Counted from the stretch's first letter, positions 54,936 through 64,000 are shown. The stretch is 64,000 nucleotides of DNA from Oscillospiraceae bacterium (GCA_017408855.1 JAFQTW010000069.1:5858-69857); one strand, 5' to 3'. Made by a program: numbers and translations. The notes: generated by a model not told the origin, from the sequence alone.

Positions 54936-56396
54936 ATGAACTTTAAGATGATCGGAAAGATCATTTCTCTGATCCTTGGGGTGGAAGCGGTTTTCATGCT
55001 CCCATCGGTGCTGATCTGTGCGATGGACGGCGACATGACCGGCATGTGGTCCTTTATCTGGACCATTCTGATTATAGCGGCGGTCAGCGCAAGCGGAATC
55101 GTCTACTGCTGGAAGGCGCCCAAAGGCTTTTACGCCCGCGAGGGTCTGATCTGCGTTGGTGTCAGCTGGATCATCATGTCCATGCTGGGCTGTCTGCCCT
55201 TTGTGTTTTCCGGCTCCATCCCCCATTACATCGATGCTCTTTTTGAGATGGTCTCCGGCTTTACCACCACCGGCGCCTCCATTCTGACCGATGTGGAAGC
55301 CCTGTCCCGGGGTATACTCTACTGGCGCAGCTTCAGCCATTGGCTGGGCGGCATGGGCGTGCTGGTGTTCCTGCTGGCCATCGTGCCCTTAAGCGGAAGA
55401 AACGACGGCTTTACCATGCATCTGCTGCGTGCGGAAAGCCCCGGTCCCGATGTGGGCAAGCTGGTTCCGAGAATGCGTAATACCGCAATGATTTTATACT
55501 TATTGTATATTGCTCTGACCGTTCTCAACGTAGTTTTCCTGCTGTTTGGCGGAATGAACTGGTTCGAGGCCTTGTGTACTGCCTACGGAACCGCAGGTAC
55601 CGGCGGCTTCGGCGTAAAAAATGACAGCATTGCAAGTTACAGCCCTTATATTCAGAACGTAACGACTATCTTTATGCTGCTGTTCGGCGTGAACTTTACC
55701 TGCTACTATCTGGTCATGCTGGGTCACATCAAGAACGTTTTAAAGGACGAGGAGCTGCGCTTATACGTTGGCGTTGTGCTGGTGGGCATCGCGCTGATCG
55801 CCCTGGACATCCGCGGTCTGTACGAGACCTTTGGAGAGACCTTGCGCCACGCGGCCTTCCAGGTGGGGACCATTATTACCACCACCGGATTTGCCACCAC
55901 CGACTTTGACCTGTGGCCGGGATTTTCCAAGTCCATTTTGCTGTTTTTGATGGTCATCGGCGCCTGCGCCGGAAGCACCGGCGGCGGTTTCAAGTGCGGA
56001 CGTGCCCTGATCCTGCTCAAAGGTCTGCGGCGGAACATCCGGCAGGTACTGCACCCCAAAAAGGTGCAGGTGGTCCGGATCAACAACCGTGTCCTGTCCG
56101 AGCGGGTGCTGGACAATACCAACGCTTATCTGGCGGCGTATATCATCATTATCATCGCCAGCGTGATCTTTATTTCCTTCGACGAATTTTCGGTCACCAC
56201 CAACCTGTCGGCGGTGTTGGCCTGCTTTAACAACATCGGTCCCGGACTGGAAACGGTGGGTCCCACCTGCAACTATTCTTCTTACAGCTATTTTTCCAAG
56301 CTGATCCTGATCTGGGACATGCTTGCGGGACGTCTGGAGATCTTCCCGATCCTGGTTCTGTTCTCCCGAAACACCTGGCGTCACTGGAACGCTTAG
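54936..56396 (+). CDS. trkH: Trk potassium uptake system membrane subunit TrkH
   Basis: 486-aa polytopic protein with repeated selectivity-filter-like motifs (TTTG and GTGG). Confidence 0.9.
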   Translation: MNFKMIGKIISLILGVEAVFMLPSVLICAMDGDMTGMWSFIWTILIIAAVSASGIVYCWKAPKGFYAREGLICVGVSWIIMSMLGCLPFVFSGSIPHYIDALFEMVSGFTTTGASILTDVEALSRGILYWRSFSHWLGGMGVLVFLLAIVPLSGRNDGFTMHLLRAESPGPDVGKLVPRMRNTAMILYLLYIALTVLNVVFLLFGGMNWFEALCTAYGTAGTGGFGVKNDSIASYSPYIQNVTTIFMLLFGVNFTCYYLVMLGHIKNVLKDEELRLYVGVVLVGIALIALDIRGLYETFGETLRHAAFQVGTIITTTGFATTDFDLWPGFSKSILLFLMVIGACAGSTGGGFKCGRALILLKGLRRNIRQVLHPKKVQVVRINNRVLSERVLDNTNAYLAAYIIIIIASVIFISFDEFSVTTNLSAVLACFNNIGPGLETVGPTCNYSSYSYFSKLILIWDMLAGRLEIFPILVLFSRNTWRHWNA

Positions 56397-56444
56397 CGGC
56401 AGGGTGCCGCAGCCATTGCGGAGCATCTCTGCTCTAAAAAACGA

Positions 56445-56477
56445 GAAAAAGCACAGCCGCAGGCTGTGCTTTTTTTG
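56445..56477 (+). terminator. terminator
   Basis: GCACAGCC-gca-GGCTGTGC followed by TTTTTTT. Confidence 0.65.
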
Positions 56478-56539
56478 ATGCAAATTTTCCGAATGGGTCC
56501 TCTTTTTTGGTCCAGACTAAGAAAAAAAGGAGGGAACCG

Positions 56540-58018
56540 ATGAGATCCCATCTGATTTGCGCCTTGAGCGGGGCGGCGACCGGTCTGTGCCTGCTGTTCC
56601 CCGAGATCGGACCGGCATCCTTTTTTCTGATGGTGCCGGCGCTCTCCGTTCAGTCTGCCGCCGGGGGACGCCGCCGCTTTTCGCTGTGCCATAGCTTTTG
56701 CCTTGCTCTTGCGGCGGCGGGCTATGCGCCGGTCTTTTCCCTACGACCGGACCTTTCGCCAGCACTGATTTTCTGGGCGGATCTGCTGGTCTATCTGACA
56801 GGCTGTCTCATCCACAGCACCCTTCTGGCGCTGTTTCTCTGGGCAGGATGGCGCTTTCCCTGCGGGAAGGACCTGCGGTGGGCAGCCCTGTCCCTTTGCT
56901 GGGCGGTGGGGGAATGGCTGCTGGGCGTCGGTCCGCTGGCGTGGCCGACCCTGCGATTGAGCCTTGCGCTGTGGCGATACTCGATGTTCCTGTCCGCCGC
57001 CCCGTTAGGCGGACAGCTTTTGGTCAGCGCCGGGATCGCAGCGGTCAACGCCCTGCTTGCTGACCTGCTGTGCCGAAAGCGGAAAGCCGCCGCATGGCTG
57101 GCGGCGATTTTTATGGCGGCGCAGCCGCTCCTCTTTTTTCTGCCCCGCACGCCAAGTTCCGATTTCTTTTCCGTCTCGCTGGTGCAGCCCGGCGGAACGA
57201 CAACGGGAAAAGAGGTTGCCGCCATCGAAGAACGGGCGGTCCGTCTGGTCCAAATCGCCGCCGAAGCTTCGCCGCGGTTGATCCTGCTGCCGGAAAATGT
57301 CATCCTCGCCGATCTGTCGCAGGATGGCGTGTGCCGCAGCCGTTGGCAGTCCCTCGCGCGGCAGTGCGGCATCCCGATCCTGCTGGGCGGACAGCGGCAG
57401 GGGCGGGCAGCGGCGTTTTTGCTGGGGGCGGACGGGCAGCTGAAAGCCCTGCGGATCAAATCCCGGGAGGTGCCCTTTTTCGAAAACGGCGTGCAGGGAC
57501 GTCCCTTCCGGCTGCTGCCGCCCATAGCCCCCACCACCCTGCCCGCCGATCCGGGACCGGTGGGTGCCTTTCTGTGCTACGAAAGCTTCTTTTCTTCTCT
57601 CTGCCGCCGTGCCGCCCGGGAAGATGCGGCGTTTCTTGCGGTACTGACCAACGACAGCTGGTTTTTCAGCCAGCAGGCAAAAGAGCTGCATCTGGCGGCG
57701 GCGGTCTTTCGGGCGGCAGAGACCGGTCGGTCGGTGCTGCAGGCGGGACTCAACGGCTGCACCGCCGTCATCGCCCGCCGAGGGCAGGTCATCGCACAGC
57801 TGAAGGGGGAGGAAGCGGGCATCCTAACGGTGCAGATCCCCGTCGAAGAGGGAGGGACCCTCTACCTTTTGTGGGGCGATCTTTGGCTGCCCCTCGCCCT
57901 GATTTTGCTCACCGCCGCAGGGAGAAAATCGGTCCGCCAGCAGGGACGACGGCTCTTTACGCCGAGAGGAAGAATGTGCTATACTATAAAAAAGAGGAAA
58001 AAGGAGAGAGGCAGATGA
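56540..58018 (+). CDS. lnt: apolipoprotein N-acyltransferase homolog (multi-TM N-terminus plus CN-hydrolase domain)
   Basis: ATG 56540 after AAAGGAGGGA. About 200 aa of hydrophobic N-terminus. Catalytic-type motifs LLPEN (Glu), KSREVPFFE (Lys region) and FLCYESFF (Cys). Confidence 0.75.
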   Translation: MRSHLICALSGAATGLCLLFPEIGPASFFLMVPALSVQSAAGGRRRFSLCHSFCLALAAAGYAPVFSLRPDLSPALIFWADLLVYLTGCLIHSTLLALFLWAGWRFPCGKDLRWAALSLCWAVGEWLLGVGPLAWPTLRLSLALWRYSMFLSAAPLGGQLLVSAGIAAVNALLADLLCRKRKAAAWLAAIFMAAQPLLFFLPRTPSSDFFSVSLVQPGGTTTGKEVAAIEERAVRLVQIAAEASPRLILLPENVILADLSQDGVCRSRWQSLARQCGIPILLGGQRQGRAAAFLLGADGQLKALRIKSREVPFFENGVQGRPFRLLPPIAPTTLPADPGPVGAFLCYESFFSSLCRRAAREDAAFLAVLTNDSWFFSQQAKELHLAAAVFRAAETGRSVLQAGLNGCTAVIARRGQVIAQLKGEEAGILTVQIPVEEGGTLYLLWGDLWLPLALILLTAAGRKSVRQQGRRLFTPRGRMCYTIKKRKKERGR

Positions 58019-59310
58019 AACGGTTTTGGTCAATGCTTTTTGCGGTCCTGATGATTGGATCGACGGTGGTCCCCGCGGCGGGAGAAGATGTTGAGGGGAA
58101 CCGTATCCTGCCCGAGGCAGAAATAAGCGGCATCCATTGGGTCTATCTGCTGGAACGGCAAGAGGATGGGCAGCGGATCGCGGGCCTGAAGGAAAAGAGC
58201 ATCACCGAGATCCGCTCGCCGCAGGAGCTGCAGGCCTTTCAGCAGGTGCTGGAGCAGTATTTCATCATGGATTATGCGGATGACCGGTGGGAAAAGCAAA
58301 AAGCCCACTACACTGAAGAATGGTTCTCGCAGCACACCCTTTGGATCTGGATGCAGCATACGGTGGAAAAGTATCTGGGCGTTTATAAGGGCGAAAACGG
58401 CTCTTATGTGGCCTTTACCCCATTGAACTGGCCGGAGGATGTGAGCCATGTGGGAGAGCGGGCGGCGGTTTTTCTGGAACTTCCGGTCGGAAGTACGCTG
58501 GACGGCGTTTGCCGCCCGCAGGATTTTGATGTGCTGGAAGCCGGAGAGGGTTATATCGAGCTGAAAAAGCCCAGCAAGCGCAGCGACAGTCAGCTGCGGG
58601 AAGTGACCCAAATCTTTTCGGCACAAGAGCGGACCGAACAGCAAAAGCAGGTCGATTGGGCAATGGGAAACCGTGCAATGGGCGAGCTGTTTCACAGTCA
58701 GTTCGTTTTACCGGAGAAGGAGCAGCCTCAATGGCTGGCACGGGCAGGACAGTTTCCGCCGCGCGTTACCGGAGCGCAGTACCTTCCGGTGCCGTGGTGG
58801 TGTTTTCCCCGAAACGGAGAACATTATATGGTACGGATCGATTCCCGCCGTCAGCTGGAGCAGTTTCGGGAGTTATTCCCCTTTTCCTTGATCGGGGGAG
58901 ATACGCCGGGGAACACCATAGAAGAAAGGGAAAAACTATGGGAGGAGACCATCCGCCCCTATTCGAGGCTGTGGTTTTTAAATCATCGGCTTTGGATCGC
59001 CATGACCTATACTTACTCCGGAGGGGATGCGCAGCTGTTGGTGCAGGAGCAGGGATATGGTGCCTTCCCTCAAAATGTGGTCGTCCCAAGGATCGAATAC
59101 AAGATCGAGATCGGTCCGGACGCCTTTCAGCCGATGCTGCTGTTTGTCGAAACCGGAAAGCATACCAAGCTGGACGGCTTGCTGTTTCTTCCGTTCCAGG
59201 ACAAAATGACCACAAGAGAAGCGGTGGAACAAGAACGCTGGATCCACCGGGTCTATTCCTTCCGGGAGCTGAAAAAAGCGGTCCGGAAGATCGGGCTGCC
59301 GCAGGATTAA
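58015..59310 (+). CDS. secreted hypothetical protein with an internal two-fold duplication
   Basis: ATGA overlap with the lnt stop. Signal peptide MKRFWSMLFAVLMIGSTVVPAAG. Two related modules, each with an (I/V)R/D-S-x-x-(E/Q)L(Q/E)xF...WF-x-x-H-x-LWI-x-M...LDG pattern. Confidence 0.6.
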   Translation: MKRFWSMLFAVLMIGSTVVPAAGEDVEGNRILPEAEISGIHWVYLLERQEDGQRIAGLKEKSITEIRSPQELQAFQQVLEQYFIMDYADDRWEKQKAHYTEEWFSQHTLWIWMQHTVEKYLGVYKGENGSYVAFTPLNWPEDVSHVGERAAVFLELPVGSTLDGVCRPQDFDVLEAGEGYIELKKPSKRSDSQLREVTQIFSAQERTEQQKQVDWAMGNRAMGELFHSQFVLPEKEQPQWLARAGQFPPRVTGAQYLPVPWWCFPRNGEHYMVRIDSRRQLEQFRELFPFSLIGGDTPGNTIEEREKLWEETIRPYSRLWFLNHRLWIAMTYTYSGGDAQLLVQEQGYGAFPQNVVVPRIEYKIEIGPDAFQPMLLFVETGKHTKLDGLLFLPFQDKMTTREAVEQERWIHRVYSFRELKKAVRKIGLPQD

Positions 59311-59318
59311 CGAACAAT

Positions 59319-59352
59319 AAAAAAGCCATCCCCAAGGATGGCTTTTTCTTTT
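59319..59352. terminator. bidirectional terminator
   Basis: GCCATCC-ccaa-GGATGGC flanked by an A-run and a T-run. Confidence 0.6.
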
Positions 59353-59353
59353 C

Positions 59354-59863
59354 TTACGGGTTTGCGATCTCCGATTCCACCGCTTCGCCTTTTGCCAGCG
59401 ATGCGGGCAGATCCAGGATGCGCTGGTTCTGGCTGCCCCGGAACAGCAGGGTCAGATCCCGCTTTGCCAGGACGAAGGGACCGTCTACCAGCCAGTCGGC
59501 CTCGCGCAGCAGCGCCATAATGGCCGGATCGTTTCGTTCCAGCAGCTGCTCAAAGGTCCAGCCGGTGTAGATCATCAGATCGAGCCCCATCTGCTTCACC
59601 GCCTGCGCCACCGGAAGCAGCGCTTCGGCCTGACACAGCGGCTCGCCGCCGGAAAAGGTCACGCCGGACAGCAGGGGATTCTTGCCGATGGCATCGATGA
59701 TCTTCTGCGGGTCGATGTCTTTGCCGCCGGAAAAATCATGGGTCTCAGGGTTGTGGCAGCCGGGACAGCCGTGGGGGCATCCCTGCACAAAAACGGTAAA
59801 GCGAAAGCCCGGACCGTCCACGATGGACTCACGGACCACGCCTGCCAGACGAACAGGCTTCAT
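59354..59863 (-). CDS. nrdG: anaerobic ribonucleoside-triphosphate reductase activating protein
   Basis: 169 aa with the radical-SAM cluster GCPHGCPGCHN. Confidence 0.9.
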   Translation of the reverse strand: MKPVRLAGVVRESIVDGPGFRFTVFVQGCPHGCPGCHNPETHDFSGGKDIDPQKIIDAIGKNPLLSGVTFSGGEPLCQAEALLPVAQAVKQMGLDLMIYTGWTFEQLLERNDPAIMALLREADWLVDGPFVLAKRDLTLLFRGSQNQRILDLPASLAKGEAVESEIANP

Positions 59864-59879
59864 AAAACCATCCTTTCTG

Positions 59880-59912
59880 AGGAAAAAGGCGGACTTTCGT
59901 CCGCCTTTTCTG
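59880..59912 (-). terminator. hairpin / partial terminator between nrdD and nrdG
   Basis: On the minus strand: AAAGGCGGAC-gaaa-GTCCGCCTTT followed by TT. The nrdG RBS follows. Confidence 0.4.
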
Positions 59913-59916
59913 TTTT

Positions 59917-62256
59917 TTAGAGCTGTTCCATTCCATCGGAAACCGAGTGCTTCACGCGGTCACGCTCTTCGGCACGCTTGCCGTTGTTAAAGCGGTCGAG
60001 GGTGCCGACCAGATAGCCGGTGATGCGGCGGATGCGCTCGAAGGCTTCGTTGCCGTCGTCCTCACGGCGTCCGCAGCCGGGACACTCGTTGTCGATGATG
60101 CCGGTGTAGCCGCAGCAGGGGTCACGGTCAACGGGATGGTTGATGGAACCGTAGCCGATGCCGGACTCTTTCATGCAGCGGACCACTTTCTCGAAAGCAT
60201 CCAGATTCTTCAGAGGATCGCCGTCCATCTCGATGTAGGAGATGTGACCGCCGTTGGTCAGGTTGTGGTAAGGCGCCTCGAGACGGATCTTCTCAAAAGC
60301 GGAAATGTTGTGGTAAACCGGAATGTGGAAGGAGTTGGTGTAGTAGTCACGGTCGGTAACGCCGGGGATGATACCGTATTTCTGCTTGTCGATGCGGACG
60401 AAACGTCCGGACAGACCCTCGGCGGGCGTTGCGATCAGCGAGTAGTTAAAGCCGGTCTTGCGGGCTTTCTCGTCCATGCGTTTGCGCATGTAGCCGACGA
60501 TGTCCAGACCCAGATTCTGTGCCTCGACCGATTCGCCGTGGTGGCTGCCGATCAGCGCTTTGAGGCACTCGGCCAGACCGATGAAACCAACGGTCAGAGT
60601 ACCGTGTTTGAGCACCTCGCCGACCTCGTCGTTCATGCCCAGCTTATCGGAATCCAGCCATACGCCCTGACCCATCAGGAAGGGGTAGTTGCGTACTTTT
60701 TTGGTCGCCTGCAGCTTGTAGCGGGCCATCAGCTGATCGGAGACCAGATCCAGCATACGGTCCAGCTGATCGAAGAAGAAGTCAACGTTGCCGTGAGACT
60801 TGATAGCCAGACGGGGCAGGTTGATGGAGGTAAAGCTCAGGTTGCCGCGTCCGCAGGTCACTTCGCGGGTGGGATCGTTTACATTGGCGATAACGCGGGT
60901 ACGGCAGCCCATGTAAGCGACCTCGGTATTGTAGTCGCCCTCTTTGTAGTACTGCAGATTGAAGGGAGCATCCAGGAAGGAGAAGTTGGGGAACAGGCGT
61001 TTTGCGGATACCCGGCAGGCCAGCTTGAACAGGTCGTAGTTGGGATCCTCGGGATTGTAGTTGACACCTTCTTTTACCTTAAAGATGTGGATGGGGAAGA
61101 TGGGGGTCTCGCCGTTGCCGAGACCGGCATCCTCTGCTTTCAGGATGCACTCGATGACCATGCGGCCCTCGGGGGTGGTGTCGGTACCGTAGTTGATGGA
61201 GGAGAAGGGGACCTGCGCACCGGCACGGGAGTGCATGGTGTTCAGGTTGTGGACCAGCGCTTCCATTGCCTGATAGGTGGAGCGGTAGGTCTCTTTCTTG
61301 GCGTTTTTCACAGCAAAGCGCTGGATCTTGCCGACCAGCTCTTCGCCGACCTGCTCGGCCAGCAGGGGCGCTTCGAAGTCATGGTAGCCGTTGTCGTCTG
61401 CCAGGATGGGGGATACGCCGTGTTCTTCTTCCACCTTTGCCATGATCGCTTTTGCGATGGTCTCGCCGTCCTCGATGCCGCCCAGCAGCTCCAGCGCGCG
61501 GCCTACATTGCGGCCGTAGATGCGGCGGTAGGTCTTGCGAACGCCCAGTGCCATGCCATAGTCAAAGTTGGGGATGGACTGACCGCCGTGCTGGTCGTTC
61601 TGGTTGGACTGGATGGCGATACAGGCCAGTGCGGAGTAGCTGGCGATGTCATTGGGCTCCCGCAGGAAGCCGTGACCGGTGGAGAAACCGCCCTTGAACA
61701 GCTTCACGATATCGATCTGGGTGCAGGTGGTGGTCAGGGTATAGAAATCCAGGTCATGGATGTGGATATCGCCTTCGGAATGGGCTTTGGAGAATACGGG
61801 ATCCAGCACATACATCTCGCAGAACTGCTTGGAGCCCTCGGAGCCGTATTTGAGCATGGTGCCCATGGCGGTGTCGCCGTCGATGTTGGCGTTTTCACGT
61901 TTTACGTCGTTGTCGGCAGCGGGCTTAAAGGTCAGATCCTCGTAGATGCGCATCAGCTTGGTGTTCATCTCACGAACACGGGTACGGGACGCACGGTACA
62001 GGATGAACTCTTTGGCGGTGCGGGCGTGACCGTTTTCGATCAGGACTTTCTCAACGGCATCCTGAACCTGCTCAACAGCCGGACGGGTCTCGCCGAGGGT
62101 CTCTTCGAGGTAAACGATGACCTTGTAGGTCAGATCCTCTGCCATGGCGCGGTCGTTACCGCCCAGGACCTGCGCTGCTTTAAAGATCGCGTCGGTGATT
62201 TTCGACGGCTCAAAGTTTACTTCGCGTCCGTCACGTTTGATGATGGTGGTGATCAT
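59917..62256 (-). CDS. nrdD: anaerobic ribonucleoside-triphosphate reductase (class III)
   Basis: 779 aa with an N-terminal ATP-cone. C-terminal CxxC Zn site and glycyl-radical motif RRITGYL. Confidence 0.95.
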   Translation of the reverse strand: MITTIIKRDGREVNFEPSKITDAIFKAAQVLGGNDRAMAEDLTYKVIVYLEETLGETRPAVEQVQDAVEKVLIENGHARTAKEFILYRASRTRVREMNTKLMRIYEDLTFKPAADNDVKRENANIDGDTAMGTMLKYGSEGSKQFCEMYVLDPVFSKAHSEGDIHIHDLDFYTLTTTCTQIDIVKLFKGGFSTGHGFLREPNDIASYSALACIAIQSNQNDQHGGQSIPNFDYGMALGVRKTYRRIYGRNVGRALELLGGIEDGETIAKAIMAKVEEEHGVSPILADDNGYHDFEAPLLAEQVGEELVGKIQRFAVKNAKKETYRSTYQAMEALVHNLNTMHSRAGAQVPFSSINYGTDTTPEGRMVIECILKAEDAGLGNGETPIFPIHIFKVKEGVNYNPEDPNYDLFKLACRVSAKRLFPNFSFLDAPFNLQYYKEGDYNTEVAYMGCRTRVIANVNDPTREVTCGRGNLSFTSINLPRLAIKSHGNVDFFFDQLDRMLDLVSDQLMARYKLQATKKVRNYPFLMGQGVWLDSDKLGMNDEVGEVLKHGTLTVGFIGLAECLKALIGSHHGESVEAQNLGLDIVGYMRKRMDEKARKTGFNYSLIATPAEGLSGRFVRIDKQKYGIIPGVTDRDYYTNSFHIPVYHNISAFEKIRLEAPYHNLTNGGHISYIEMDGDPLKNLDAFEKVVRCMKESGIGYGSINHPVDRDPCCGYTGIIDNECPGCGRREDDGNEAFERIRRITGYLVGTLDRFNNGKRAEERDRVKHSVSDGMEQL

Positions 62257-62377
62257 GGTATTCTTCCTTCCCTTGATTCAATCGGTGTGTCGGCAAAAAA
62301 AGAAGATATCCGCCGGGATAACCTTCTGGCGACATATCCTCGGTGTATACTATCGCTTTGGTTTTACAGAAAACCAA

Positions 62378-62393
62378 CCACAATATATTGTGG
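62378..62393. promoter_or_regulatory. NrdR box 1 (perfect palindrome CCACAATATATTGTGG)
   Basis: Matches the NrdR-box pattern. Lies just downstream of the predicted nrdD -10. Confidence 0.7.
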
Positions 62394-62407
62394 TTTCCGA
62401 ACAGCTT

Positions 62408-62426
62408 CCATTATATATCCTGTGGC
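62408..62426. promoter_or_regulatory. NrdR box 2 (degenerate, CCATTATATATCCTGTGG)
   Basis: AT-rich core flanked by CCA..TGG. It sits ~30 bp from box 1 and overlaps the -10. Confidence 0.45.
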
Positions 62427-62438
62427 ACATATAGTCAA
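62410..62438 (-). promoter_or_regulatory. promoter of nrdDG
   Basis: On the minus strand: TTGACT, 17-nt spacer, TATAAT. Confidence 0.55.
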
Positions 62439-62591
62439 TAGATGATACAAATTTTAATAGGTTCTCCCCAAAAGTCGGCAATATGCACAAAGCCGTGCAA
62501 AATCTTTGGCGGAAGCCGGCGAAGCCTTGCCACAAACCGGAAAATGGAGTATGCTGAAACTAAGAAATCCCACCGGAAAGGGGTCAATAAC

Positions 62592-63560
62592 ATGAAAGAA
62601 TTTCGTTTCGGTATCATCGGTGCCGCCAAGATCGGCGCAAAATTCTGCGATGCCGTTTCCAAAGTGCCCGGTGTGACCGTTGCGGCGGTGTCCAGCAAAA
62701 GTCTGGCACGGGCCGAAGAATTTGCCAAAGCCAACGGCGTTCCCGCTTTTTACGACAGCTACGAAGAGATGCTGCAGAAAGAAGAGCTGGACGGCGTTTA
62801 CATCGATACCACCAACAACTTCCACTACGAAAATATGCTCCTTGCCATCGAATACGGCAAGCCCTTTCTCTGCGAAAAGGCCTTTACCCTGACCAAGGCG
62901 CAGGCAGAGGATGTCTTTGCCAAAGCCAAGGAAAAGGGCGTTTTCGGTATGGAAGCCATGTGGAGCCGCTATCTGCCTGCGGTGCAGAAGGCGAAAGCAT
63001 GGATCCGCGAGGGCCGCATCGGTGAGATCGCTCTGGCGAACTACCAATTCTGTTTCGTTTCCGGCAACGATCCCGAACACCGGCTCAATGCCCCCTCGCT
63101 GGGCGGCGGCGCCAACCGGGACATCGGTGTGTACGCCTTTGAGATCATGGACTATCTGATCGACCAGCCGCTGCTGGAGGCAAAAACCATGCAGAGCCGC
63201 TTCGATTTTGGTTCCGACAGCTCGGACGGCATGCTGCTGCGCTACCAAAAGGCCATCGCCACCACACAGGTGAGCTTTTTGTCTGTCGCCCCCGAGATCG
63301 GCTGGTTCTGCGGCGACCGGGGAAGCATCCAGCTGCTGCGGGGTCACGGCGGCGGCGGAGCCATCCTCTACGGAAAAGACCGTGCCGAGGTGGAGCGCTT
63401 TGCGGGCGACCCCAACGAGAACGGCTTTGTTTACGAGATCCGTGACTTTGTGGAATCGGTCCGCGCCGGAAAACTGGAAAGCGACATCATTCCCCATGCC
63501 GACACCCTGCGCTGCATGGCGCTGTTCGATCTGTGCGACCGGGAATATGAGGTGAAATAG
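62592..63560 (+). CDS. Gfo/Idh/MocA family oxidoreductase
   Basis: MKEFRFGIIGAAKIGAKF Rossmann N-terminus and an EKAF motif. I chose ATG 62592, inside the longer track ORF. Confidence 0.8.
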   Translation: MKEFRFGIIGAAKIGAKFCDAVSKVPGVTVAAVSSKSLARAEEFAKANGVPAFYDSYEEMLQKEELDGVYIDTTNNFHYENMLLAIEYGKPFLCEKAFTLTKAQAEDVFAKAKEKGVFGMEAMWSRYLPAVQKAKAWIREGRIGEIALANYQFCFVSGNDPEHRLNAPSLGGGANRDIGVYAFEIMDYLIDQPLLEAKTMQSRFDFGSDSSDGMLLRYQKAIATTQVSFLSVAPEIGWFCGDRGSIQLLRGHGGGGAILYGKDRAEVERFAGDPNENGFVYEIRDFVESVRAGKLESDIIPHADTLRCMALFDLCDREYEVK

Positions 63561-64000
63561 ATGCAGCTGGAACTGACAAGAGGGGACTTCGGTCTCTCCG
63601 GTGAGATCATCCTGCCTGCGTGGGAAAACTGGCAGACCGACGAGATGGCACAGCAGCCGGTCCGGATCGATTTCGGCGGCGACCGCCCCGACGAGGGGCA
63701 GGAGCTGACTGACAGCTACCGTACCGCCCTGTCCTTTTTGGTCACGGCGCAGGAGCCAATGAAGAAGGTGCTGCTTCTCGCCATCGCCCGCCATCTGGCG
63801 CAGCTGGAGGAGGACATGCTGGGCGGCGATCTGGAGGACGACTTCGACCTTCCCGGCATCCCGCAGGTGCAGGAGCTTTCCGATCTGATGGGTGAGCTGC
63901 AGCTGGAGGAAGTGCACATCCTGCCGGTGGAAAAGGACGGTCTTTGCTACATGGGCTATGTCTTTGCCTGCAGCTGGGATCCGGACGGCATCGGCATCAT
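63561..64000 (+). CDS. hypothetical acidic protein, 3' end beyond the window
   Basis: ATG directly abuts the oxidoreductase TAG. MQLELTRGDFGLSGEIILPAWENWQTDEM...LPVEKDGLCYMGYVFACSWDPDGIGI. Open to the window end, and absent from the track for that reason. Confidence 0.5.
   Translation, partial: MQLELTRGDFGLSGEIILPAWENWQTDEMAQQPVRIDFGGDRPDEGQELTDSYRTALSFLVTAQEPMKKVLLLAIARHLAQLEEDMLGGDLEDDFDLPGIPQVQELSDLMGELQLEEVHILPVEKDGLCYMGYVFACSWDPDGIGI

Noticed and set aside
62257-62377. Cobalamin riboswitch in the nrdD leader
   Set aside because: No B12-box-like sequence is present and the length is insufficient. The NrdR boxes account for regulation.
1-64000. CRISPR arrays, IS elements, integrases and rRNA genes
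   Set aside because: No regularly spaced direct repeats, transposase- or integrase-like ORFs, or rRNA-like sequences were seen anywhere in the window.

Overview
64 kb chromosomal segment of a high-GC anaerobic Firmicute. Assignment to Clostridia (Oscillospiraceae/Ruminococcaceae-like) is inferred from gene content and composition only. I support about 60 protein genes and one tRNA-Lys(UUU). I saw no rRNA, CRISPR array, transposase or integrase. Most of the window is housekeeping: mreBCD-PBP2, asnA, murT-gatD, a complete hisZGDCBHAFIE operon, PFOR (nifJ), fruK, U32 peptidase-zapA, glgP, dut, maf, GTP-PEPCK, trkAH, lnt, and nrdDG with NrdR boxes. Eight things deserve a second look. (1) At the left edge, a SipW signal peptidase operon encodes two TasA/camelysin-like proteins (one fused to Cys-containing solenoid repeats) and a pilin-type isopeptide-domain protein that also carries a SipW-style signal; a SinR-like HTH gene is divergent from it. 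(2) An orphan small ORF-holin-M23 peptidase cassette faces an XRE-GIY-YIG pair across a compact switch-like region with face-to-face promoters and a repeated 10-mer. (3) An in-frame TAA splits an otherwise intact PFOR at the ferredoxin/TPP domain junction. (4) A tight esterase-esterase-ATP-grasp operon has no obvious function. (5) An MMPL transporter is translationally coupled to a 933-aa GLUG-repeat surface protein. (6) lnt is coupled to a secreted protein with an internal duplication. (7) A 215-bp GC-rich intergenic block is made of short palindromes. (8) An MFS transporter gene is frameshifted. Several very long antisense ORFs in the track are codon-bias shadows, not genes. All promoter, terminator and homology calls come from reading the sequence by eye; no searches were run.
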